Assembly (NCBI GenBank): GCA_016186325.1
Contig: JACPLW010000010.1
Coordinates: forward strand, 22,856 to 86,855
Reading direction: 5' to 3'
Source: Parcubacteria group bacterium
GTDB lineage: Bacteria > Patescibacteriota > Minisyncoccia > UBA10092
Length of the DNA stretch: 64,000 bases
A model generated the notes under the pieces. The model did no database searches. It worked only from the letters and a program-made list of their open reading frames with translations, and was not told the origin of the DNA. The position numbers and the translations under genes were made by a program. The first letter of the stretch is position 1, and each line of letters opens with the position of its first letter. Positions 6,432 to 13,863 of the stretch are shown piece after piece.

Positions 6432-8616
6432 TCATAATCGGTTTTCCCCGACGCTTTCGGTCGGGGCTCCGACCCCCGCTTTGCGGGGCGTCGGAGTTAT
6501 TCAATATTCCCCAAATTTCTTCGGTTAAAAAAGGAAGAAAGGGGTGGAGCAGTTTCAATAAATCTTCGTGGACTTTTATAAGGACTTCTTGAGTTTGCTG
6601 TCTTGCTTTTTCATCGGCAAGCTCCGACGCTTTGGTCGGAGCTCCGACTTCTTCAGAACGTCGGAGCTGTTTTTTTGCGGTTTCAATATAAATATCGGCG
6701 TATTCGTGCCAGAAAAAATCGTAAAGTTTATGAAGTGCCTGTCCAAACTCGTACTTTTCTATCCTGTTGCCGACTTCAACAATTGTTTTTTTGAGACCAC
6801 TTAAAATTTTCTTATCCGCTTCAGTTAAATTTTGATTTTTGCTTGCCCGCCGAAGCCTTGGCGTAGGCGGGATTTTTGAATTCACGTTTTGTTTTACAAA
6901 ACGCGTGGCGTTCCATATCTTATTACAGAATTTTTTGCCGGTTAACATCGCATCTTCATTAAACCGAATGTCCTGACTGCCGAGATTTTGGTACATCATA
7001 CCGAAGCGAGTAGCGTCAGCACCGTATTTTTCAATTAAATCAATCGGGTCAACACCGGTACCTCGAGATTTAGACATTATTTTACCTTCTTTATTAAGAA
7101 CCGTAGCGTGAATGTGTGTGGTGTTAAAAGGTGATTGGCCTGTAAATTCCAATCCTGAAAAAATCATTTTGGCAATCCAAATATCTCGAATATCTCTTGC
7201 TGAAGTAATAAAGTCGGTAGGATGGTATTTTTTAAGGTCGTTTGTTTTGTTGGGCCAGCCAAGTGTCGCAAAAGGCCAAAGCGCCGAAGAAAACCAAGTA
7301 TCCAAAACATCGGTTTCTCCCTCTAAAGGAATTTTGTGACCCCACCAAAGTTGGCGGGAAATATTCCAGTCCCTTTCATTTTTAAGGCGATTTAATAAAA
7401 CTTTCTCCCATTTTTGCGGGTGAATAATTGTTTTTTTCTTTTTTATTGCGTCAATTGCCAGTTTGGCAAGCTTTTCCATTTTCAAAAACCATTGCTCGGA
7501 CGGCAGAGGTTCAATGACCGAGTTACAGCGGTCGCAGCGGGCGATATTGTGCTCGTAATCTTCTATTTTTTCAATTAACCCGATGGCTTCAAGGTCTTTA
7601 ACTATTTGTTCGCGCGCTTCAGTCACTTTCATTCCCTTATAGCGCAAGCCGGCGTTCTCGTTCATTCGGCCGTGTTCATCAATTATAGTGATTGAAGGTA
7701 AGTTATGACGTTCCGCGATTTCAAAATCCGTTATATCGTGCGCCGGCGTAACCTTAATAATGCCGGTTCCAAATTCCGGGTCCACAGATTTATCTGCTAT
7801 TACCTTTATTTTAATTTTTTTGGTTTTAGCCGGCTGATTATTCGGCAAATCGTTGTCTATAGATTCTATCTCCAAATCTTTTCCCCAGTATTTTTTGTAA
7901 CGTTTGTCATTAGGGTGTACCGCTAAGGCAGTGTCGCCAAGTTTAGTTTCCGGTCTAGTCGTGGCGAGGGTGAGCGGTCCGTATTTGATAAAATAAAGTT
8001 TTGCGTGCTCCGGTATGTAGTCAACCTCTAGATCAGAGATTCCCGTGGCGCAGCGGACGCACCAATTAATAACGCGCTTGCCGCGATAAATCCAACCTTT
8101 TTTATAATAATGATTAAATGCTTCCACGACGGCTTTGGAGTAATCAGAATCCATAGTATATCTGGTTCGTGACCAGTCCGAGGATATGCCCAGCAATTTT
8201 AATTGGTCAAAAATAATATTGCCGTATTTTTCTTTCCACTCTTTAACTTTCTCAACAAATTTTTCCTGGCCTAGATCTTGGCGGCGCAAACCTTCTTTGC
8301 GAAGTTCTTTTTCAACAACATTTTGGGCAGAAATGCCGGCGTGGTCTATGCCCGGAAGCCAGAGCGTTTTAAAGCCCTTCATTCTTTTCATTCTCACCAA
8401 AATATCAACCTCGGTATTTTCCAAGACGTGGCCCATATGGAGCGAGCCGGTGATATTTGGCGGCGCCATCATCACCGAAAATTTCTTTTTTCTTTTTACG
8501 GCTTGCCCCGAAGAAGGCGGCGGCAGTTTATCAGGATTAAAAAAGCCCGATTCTTCCCAGAGCCGGTAAATTTTATCTTCAACTTCTTTTGGGTTATACG
8601 GAGAATCAAAGTTCAT
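6412..8616 (-). CDS. valS: Valyl-tRNA synthetase (class I). The C-terminal domain carries two in-frame palindromic-element insertions
   Basis: PPNITGSLHMGH (HIGH motif) and KIMSKS (KMSKS motif). Its coding sequence contains two family-B palindromic repeat copies (features at 6446-6496 and 6620-6667). Confidence 0.8.
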   Translation of the reverse strand: MNFDSPYNPKEVEDKIYRLWEESGFFNPDKLPPPSSGQAVKRKKKFSVMMAPPNITGSLHMGHVLENTEVDILVRMKRMKGFKTLWLPGIDHAGISAQNVVEKELRKEGLRRQDLGQEKFVEKVKEWKEKYGNIIFDQLKLLGISSDWSRTRYTMDSDYSKAVVEAFNHYYKKGWIYRGKRVINWCVRCATGISDLEVDYIPEHAKLYFIKYGPLTLATTRPETKLGDTALAVHPNDKRYKKYWGKDLEIESIDNDLPNNQPAKTKKIKIKVIADKSVDPEFGTGIIKVTPAHDITDFEIAERHNLPSITIIDEHGRMNENAGLRYKGMKVTEAREQIVKDLEAIGLIEKIEDYEHNIARCDRCNSVIEPLPSEQWFLKMEKLAKLAIDAIKKKKTIIHPQKWEKVLLNRLKNERDWNISRQLWWGHKIPLEGETDVLDTWFSSALWPFATLGWPNKTNDLKKYHPTDFITSARDIRDIWIAKMIFSGLEFTGQSPFNTTHIHATVLNKEGKIMSKSRGTGVDPIDLIEKYGADATRFGMMYQNLGSQDIRFNEDAMLTGKKFCNKIWNATRFVKQNVNSKIPPTPRLRRASKNQNLTEADKKILSGLKKTIVEVGNRIEKYEFGQALHKLYDFFWHEYADIYIETAKKQLRRSEEVGAPTKASELADEKARQQTQEVLIKVHEDLLKLLHPFLPFLTEEIWGILNNSDAPQSGGRSPDRKRRGKPIMIEEWPK
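6446..6496. repeat. Family-B palindromic element inserted in-frame within the valS 3' end
   Basis: ccccgacgctttcggtcggggctccgacccccgctttgcggggcgtcggag. It translates (minus strand) to ...APQSGGRSPDRKRRG.... Confidence 0.6.
6620..6667. repeat. Family-B palindromic element inserted in-frame within valS
   Basis: gctccgacgctttggtcggagctccgacttcttcagaacgtcggagc. It is nearly identical to the intergenic copy at 22435-22484 and translates to ...RRSEEVGAPTKASELAD.... Confidence 0.65.
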
Positions 8617-9788
8617 AGCCTAAGGTTAGCATCTGCGACTATTTTTTTCCATGAATCTTTTTGCGGTTTTTTCTTGAGATAATTAAAATAGCCGGCGGCG
8701 GCAATCATCGCGGCATTGTCGGTGGTGTAAGACAAATCGGGAACAAGCAACGGGATTTTATAGGATGCGATTTTTTTCGCCATTTCTTCGCGCAGTTTTC
8801 TATTGGCGGACACGCCGCCGGCAATCATTACTGATTTTGGATTGAAATTTTTCACCGCTTTAAGCGTTTTAGCGATTAAAACATCAACTATCGCATTCTG
8901 AACTTCAAAAGCCAAAGTCGGTCTGATTTTAGAAATCGGATATTTTTTTATCAAATCATTATACAGATACAAAACTGCGGTTTTAAGTCCTGAAAAAGAA
9001 AAGTTATGATTATCAGAATTTATCATCGGCCGAGGGAGTTTAATTTCGAATTTAGAATTTCGAATTTCGAATTTGTTTGTGATTTGTGATTTGTGATTTG
9101 TGATTTTTGATGCTTCGGTGGCGATAGCGGGACCGCCGGGGTATCCGAGGCCTAGAAGACGCGCCGTTTTATCAAAAGCCTCTCCGGCCGCGTCGTCAAG
9201 TGTTTGGCCTACAATTTTATATTGGCCGTAGTTTCTCATTAAAACCAGCTCAGTGTGCCCGCCGGAAACGATAAGAATTAACGCGGGAAATTCAATTTTT
9301 TTTGAGATTTGTCTCCCTTCGGTAGATCCCCCGTAGGGGGAAGATTTGTCTCCCTTCGGGAGATCCCCCGTAGGGGGAAGATTTGAGATTTTTCCAATTG
9401 GCGGCAGCCAATTGGAATAGATGTGTCCCTCGATATGATTGACGCCTATAATAGGTTTTTGCCACCTATAAGCTGGGGCCCTAGCGAAATTGACTCCGAT
9501 TAAAAGCGACGGCACTAGTCCCGGTCCCCGCGTTACCGCAATCAGGTCAACTTTCTCACTATTGATGTCGGACATCGATAATGCGGCGTTGATTGTGGGG
9601 CCGATTTTTTCAAGATGGGCACGACTAGCGAGATTGGGAACGACTCCCCCGAATTTCTTGTGAATCGCCACCTGGGAATAGGAAACATTTGATAAAACTG
9701 AAAAATAAGGGTTATCAAATCCTCCCTTTGCTTCTATAATCGCCGCGGCAGTGTCGTCGCATGAAGTTTCAATCCCTAGGATATGCAT
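8613..9788 (-). CDS. tsaD: tRNA N6-adenosine threonylcarbamoyltransferase TsaD (Kae1/Gcp family), with low-complexity repeat insertions
   Basis: N-terminal MHILGIETSCDDTAAAI, HIEGH and a C-terminal Gcp-like region. At 391 aa it is longer than typical because of tandem-repeat-encoded inserts. Confidence 0.75.
   Translation of the reverse strand: MHILGIETSCDDTAAAIIEAKGGFDNPYFSVLSNVSYSQVAIHKKFGGVVPNLASRAHLEKIGPTINAALSMSDINSEKVDLIAVTRGPGLVPSLLIGVNFARAPAYRWQKPIIGVNHIEGHIYSNWLPPIGKISNLPPTGDLPKGDKSSPYGGSTEGRQISKKIEFPALILIVSGGHTELVLMRNYGQYKIVGQTLDDAAGEAFDKTARLLGLGYPGGPAIATEASKITNHKSQITNKFEIRNSKFEIKLPRPMINSDNHNFSFSGLKTAVLYLYNDLIKKYPISKIRPTLAFEVQNAIVDVLIAKTLKAVKNFNPKSVMIAGGVSANRKLREEMAKKIASYKIPLLVPDLSYTTDNAAMIAAAGYFNYLKKKPQKDSWKKIVADANLRL
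9044..9112. repeat. Tandem heptanucleotide repeats (aatttcg/gaatttc x about 4, then tgatttg x 4) inside the tsaD coding region
   Basis: Read directly. They encode ...ITNHKSQITNHKSQITNKFEIRNSKFEIK.... Confidence 0.7.
9304..9377. repeat. Family-C element: two tandem 37-bp copies of gatttgtctcccttcgg(g/t)agatcccccgtagggggaa, each a double hairpin, in-frame in tsaD
   Basis: tctcccttcgggaga and tcccccgtaggggga hairpins, encoding ...GDKSSPYGGSTEGRQ.... A third copy lies in mltG at 49512-49548. Confidence 0.7.
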
Positions 9789-9795
9789 ACATTTG

Positions 9796-9870
9796 TAGCG
9801 CCAGCGGGATTTGAACCCGCGTACTCAGCTTGAAAAGCTGATGTCCTGGACCAGGCTAGACGATGGCGCC
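9796..9870 (-). tRNA. tRNA-Glu (anticodon TTC)
   Basis: Minus-strand GGCGCCATCGTCTAGCCTGGTCCAGGACATCAGCTTTTCAAGCTGAGTACGCGGGTTCAAATCCCGCTGGCGCTA. The anticodon loop is TTTTCAA. Confidence 0.75.
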
Positions 9871-9901
9871 ATTCCGTCTATTTTATCGGATTTTTTTAAT
9901 T

Positions 9902-9930
9902 TTGACAAATTGCTTTTTTAAAATTATTAT
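9902..9930 (+). promoter_or_regulatory. Near-consensus sigma70 promoter (TTGACA, 17-nt spacer, TATTAT) upstream of the mpa/arc gene
   Basis: ttgaca aattgcttttttaaaat tattat, read directly. Confidence 0.5.
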
Positions 9931-10019
9931 GTGTAAGTGCAGTTGACGCCGGTGTATTTTTATGTAATGATTTCTGGTACTTTGACGGCTCTTTTACAAC
10001 CTGAAAAGAGGGGAGCAAA

Positions 10020-11873
10020 ATGCCTGAAGAACTTGACCGATCTGATGGGCCGATTAATGTGGAGCAACTCTTATTAGAGCTTCGCGATATTAACCTAAAA
10101 ATTCCCCATGTTAAGCCGACAGAAATTCAAGAGCAGCTTCGTGAGTCGGCGAAAAAATTGCGCGCGAAGTTAGAAGAGCTTTTTAAGAGAATTGAAAACG
10201 ATCATGAAAGGCGAGTTCATCTTACGCAGGCTTTAGAGAGGGCTTCGGCTGAAATTGAAAGACTTACGGCTCCGCCCCTTCCTTATGGTTATGTGGATCG
10301 CATTCACGATGATGGCACGATTGATGTTTTTATTAACAAGGATAATAGAAGGCGCGTTAATGTCTCTCCAGAAGTTAATGTTAAAGAATTGAAAACCGGT
10401 CAGCGGGCGCTCTTAAGTAATATAAACTACACCATTTTAGAAATTGATGAGGAATGGGAAAAGATTGGAGAAGAAGGCAAGGTCTCTGCTCTTCTAGGTG
10501 AAGACATAGTGAGAGTGGTCACTCATCTTGATGAAGTTCATGATGTAATCTTAGCCGCGCCTTTGAGAGAACAAAAAATTCGCGAAGGCGATTCCCTTCT
10601 CATTTTTGGAAATTTTGCTTTTGCTAAGTTACCCAAAGCAGAAACCGATGAGCTTCTGCTTGAAAAAGTGCCCGAAATTGGTTTCGCCCAAATCGGCGGC
10701 TTGAAAAATCAGGTTGAAATACTGCTTGAGGCCATTGAATATCCGGCGCTTTATCCGGAATTGTTCGCGCTTCATAAGCTCAAGCCGACTAAGGGCGTCT
10801 TGCTTTACGGGCCTCCCGGTTGCGGCAAAACACTTTTGGCCAAAGCCGTGGCTAACTTATTGGCGCAGAAGACGCGTAAGAAAATAGGCGATGCAAATAT
10901 CTGTGCTTATTTCATCAATATTAAAGGTCCGGAACTTCTTAATAAGTGGGTTGGCGAAACAGAGAGAAAAATCCGCGAAGTATTCCAGCGTGCCAGAGAA
11001 AAGGCGGTAGAAGGCTCCCCCGTTATTATCTTTTTTGACGAATTTGATTCTCTTTTCAGAACCCGCGGTTCGGGGATTTCTTCCGATATTGAGTCAACTG
11101 TCGTGCCACAGTTTTTATCCATGTTGGATGGCGCTGAGGAGCTTAATAATGTCATTGTTATAGGCGCCTCCAATAGGCAAGACCTAATTGATCCAGCGAT
11201 ACTGCGCCCCGGCCGTTTTGATATCAAGATTAAGGTTGACCGGCCTGATGAACTTGGCGCCAAAGAAATTCTTGGAATTTATGTTACTCCCGATTTGCCT
11301 TGGGGCGAAGATTCCGAAGGCAAGTCGTATGTTGGCCAGAAATTTCATTCGGTTGTTAACCGTTTGCATGGCAATAAACCATATAGCGTTGATTTAAGTA
11401 CGCCGGAACTAGTAGTTGAACACATGATCAAGGTTATTGTTGAATATTTGTATTATGTCGGTCCGCCGATTGCTTGGACTGACAGGCGCGGCAACCAGCA
11501 TGAATACAACACCGAATGCATTGAAATTACTTGGGCCGATGGAGAAAGGAAAATGTTATATGTTAAGGATATTTTGGTTTCCGGTGCCATGATTGAAAGC
11601 ATCGTAAATCGCGTTAAGAAAATAGCCATTAAACGCGCCGTCACTGGTAAAGGAGGCATTAAAATGGTTGATTTTTATACGGCCATAAGAGACGAAATCA
11701 AAGAAAGCAGTGACTTGCCGAATACCAATAATCCTGATGATTGGGCCAAGATCATCGGCCAGCGTTCGGAGAGCGGCCAGCGGATTGTTAATGTCCGCCC
11801 CATTATTGGGACACAGAGGGTGGCTAGTTCCCGGAGTACAGAACATGTTGTTACTACCGGCCAATATTTGTAA
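10020..11873 (+). CDS. mpa: Mpa/ARC-type AAA+ ATPase (proteasome-associated ATPase homolog) ending in the GQYL motif
   Basis: N-terminal coiled coil, Walker A GPPGCGKT, Walker B IIFFDEFD, and a C-terminal ...TTGQYL*. In actinobacterial Mpa the GQYL tail is the 20S proteasome docking motif. Confidence 0.75.
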   Translation: MPEELDRSDGPINVEQLLLELRDINLKIPHVKPTEIQEQLRESAKKLRAKLEELFKRIENDHERRVHLTQALERASAEIERLTAPPLPYGYVDRIHDDGTIDVFINKDNRRRVNVSPEVNVKELKTGQRALLSNINYTILEIDEEWEKIGEEGKVSALLGEDIVRVVTHLDEVHDVILAAPLREQKIREGDSLLIFGNFAFAKLPKAETDELLLEKVPEIGFAQIGGLKNQVEILLEAIEYPALYPELFALHKLKPTKGVLLYGPPGCGKTLLAKAVANLLAQKTRKKIGDANICAYFINIKGPELLNKWVGETERKIREVFQRAREKAVEGSPVIIFFDEFDSLFRTRGSGISSDIESTVVPQFLSMLDGAEELNNVIVIGASNRQDLIDPAILRPGRFDIKIKVDRPDELGAKEILGIYVTPDLPWGEDSEGKSYVGQKFHSVVNRLHGNKPYSVDLSTPELVVEHMIKVIVEYLYYVGPPIAWTDRRGNQHEYNTECIEITWADGERKMLYVKDILVSGAMIESIVNRVKKIAIKRAVTGKGGIKMVDFYTAIRDEIKESSDLPNTNNPDDWAKIIGQRSESGQRIVNVRPIIGTQRVASSRSTEHVVTTGQYL

Positions 11874-11883
11874 TAAAGTAAAC

Positions 11884-11912
11884 ATCCGCGCAAATTGCGC
11901 GGATATTTTATT
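11884..11912 (+). terminator. Rho-independent terminator after mpa
   Basis: atccgcgcaaattgcgcggat followed by attttattt. Confidence 0.55.
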
Positions 11913-11962
11913 TCTGATACCATGTTTTAAGTGATTTGTACTTTTAAAAGAGGAGAAATCAA

Positions 11963-13729
11963 ATGCAGGTCCTTGTTTCAGATATCGACTATTATGATGG
12001 CTACGGAGATTTTTCAGACCTTTTTTATCGATGTTTGCCCAGACGCCGTTTTAACCGGATACGCTATGAGCTTCCTATGGTTTTTGGAAGCGAAACAGAA
12101 TTTGGTTTGACATACAGCAGGGTACTCGATAAAGAAAAGGCAAAATTTTTTCCGGTAGATTCTCCGGAGACAGTTTTTCTCCATATTATTAAGAAAGTTG
12201 CCGAAAAAACAAAAGCCTTTGCGCGCGATCCGGCATCGCCATGGTTAAGAAACGGACTAAATCATTTTGATCGGATCAGCATTGGTAAAATAACCGAAGC
12301 GGCGATTTCAGACGATATTTCCTGTCTTCCCGTTAAGCTTAAAAAAGCAGTTGAAAGAACAGGACTATCGGCTAAAGATTTTTATTTGGGAGAAACAGGA
12401 ATATTTTTAGAAGAAGGCAGCCGTCTTTACATCGACGGTCCGCATTTAGAATCGTCTATCAGTGAATGCCGGGAACCGGGCGAAGTAGTTTGTCATGAAA
12501 AAGCAATGGAGAATATTATTACCGGAGTTTTACCTGAACTGGAAAATGAGATCGGTCGTGAAATTGTTATTCTTAAGGATAATACCGATAGGCACGGCAA
12601 CAGTTATGGCTGTCATACAAACTATCTGCTTATGCTGGAATTTTTCAATCGGCTTTACGTAAAAAACGAATGGAGCGATGCTTGGTTAAGTTTTATTACC
12701 TCCGGCATAATTGTTACCGGCAGCGGTAAGGTCGGCTATGAATGCTATAGCGAGCCGTGCGACTACCAAATTTCTCAAAGAGCCGATCATTTTATGAGAA
12801 TTTTAGGCAGCGGTACGATGTATTTTCGTCCGCTTATCAACTTTAGAGACGAACCGTTGGCCGACAGAGCGAAATACGGCCGTTTTCATGTAATTTTAGA
12901 TGATTCCAATATGGCCGAATGGTCCATTTATCTTAAAATTGGCACTAAAGCGCTGGTTTTAAATATGCTTCAGCATCAATTTTTCGAAGGTGGAAAAACT
13001 ATCAAGTATAAAGAGCTTTTTATAGATAATCCGATTGAATCTCTAAAATTCATTTCCAGGGATTTGACGTGTAAGAAGAAAGTCCTGTTAGCGGACGGCA
13101 GTGAAAAATCAGCTCTTGAAATTCAAGAGGAATGGCTAAGTATTGTTGAAGATTTTTATTCAGGTTCTGATTCTTATCCTTTTTGGATTTCGGATGTTAT
13201 AGCAAAATGGAAATTAACTCTACGGTGGATTAGAGATGATGATGACAATCTTGATTCGGTTTTGGACTGGCGGATTAAACTTTCCCTCATCAAAGGTATA
13301 AAAGAAAAATATGCCAAAAGAGGAATAACTCTTGATTGGCGAGATGGTCGGATTAAAGATTTAGACTGCCTTTACCATAGTTTGGGTCCCAAAGGTCTTT
13401 ACAATTGCGCTTTAAAAGCGGGTCACATTGAAAGAATTGTAACAGATGAACAAATTGAAATAGCTAAAACTGAGCCACCCGAAAACACCAGAGCATGGCT
13501 GCGCGGCCGGTTTATAAGGCACTTTTTGCCACATCTTGTCGATGCCAGCTGGGAGCTCCTGTCTTTTTATATTAAAATCGGTGATTTTGAAACATTGGTG
13601 TCGCTTAAGATGGACCCGCTCTGCAGTACGCGCCATAAGGTGGGCGAGTTGTTTACAGAAACAGACAGTTATGAAAGTTTTTGCAAGAGGTTTCTTTCCA
13701 TGTATTTAAGTGGTAGGAGTCTTTTTTAA
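11963..13729 (+). CDS. Pup ligase/deamidase family protein (PafA/Dop homolog 1; longer form, possibly Dop-like)
   Basis: FGSETEFG (the GIETEYG-like N-terminal motif), GNSYGCHTNYLL, SQRADHF, RPLINFRDEPLADRAKYGRFHVILDDSNMAEWSIYLKIGTKALVL, LYHSLGPKG and PPENTRAWLRGRFI all match conserved PafA/Dop blocks. Strong SD aggag upstream. Confidence 0.75.
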   Translation: MQVLVSDIDYYDGYGDFSDLFYRCLPRRRFNRIRYELPMVFGSETEFGLTYSRVLDKEKAKFFPVDSPETVFLHIIKKVAEKTKAFARDPASPWLRNGLNHFDRISIGKITEAAISDDISCLPVKLKKAVERTGLSAKDFYLGETGIFLEEGSRLYIDGPHLESSISECREPGEVVCHEKAMENIITGVLPELENEIGREIVILKDNTDRHGNSYGCHTNYLLMLEFFNRLYVKNEWSDAWLSFITSGIIVTGSGKVGYECYSEPCDYQISQRADHFMRILGSGTMYFRPLINFRDEPLADRAKYGRFHVILDDSNMAEWSIYLKIGTKALVLNMLQHQFFEGGKTIKYKELFIDNPIESLKFISRDLTCKKKVLLADGSEKSALEIQEEWLSIVEDFYSGSDSYPFWISDVIAKWKLTLRWIRDDDDNLDSVLDWRIKLSLIKGIKEKYAKRGITLDWRDGRIKDLDCLYHSLGPKGLYNCALKAGHIERIVTDEQIEIAKTEPPENTRAWLRGRFIRHFLPHLVDASWELLSFYIKIGDFETLVSLKMDPLCSTRHKVGELFTETDSYESFCKRFLSMYLSGRSLF

Positions 13730-13735
13730 AGTTTT

Positions 13736-13761
13736 AAACCCCTTCGTTTCGAAGGGGTTTT
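13736..13761 (+). terminator. Rho-independent terminator
   Basis: aaaccccttcgtttcgaaggggtttt. Confidence 0.6.
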
Positions 13762-13863
13762 ACGTATAAAAACCAGGATATGGCAATTTTCTTAAAGCTA
13801 CGTTAAGATATAAAAAGTCATTTTTATTCTTTAACAACTTATTAAGATAGGAATGAGAGTGCT

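Noticed and set aside
6568-8682. Antisense and alternative-frame ORFs within valS and tsaD (e.g. 6568-6804, 8186-8569, 8278-8682)
   Set aside because: They are embedded in well-supported long ORFs on the opposite strand, with repetitive low-complexity translations.
9044-9377. Tandem repeats in tsaD considered as a CRISPR array
   Set aside because: The repeats are directly tandem with no spacers, keep the tsaD reading frame, and no cas genes are present. They are coding low-complexity or palindromic insertions.
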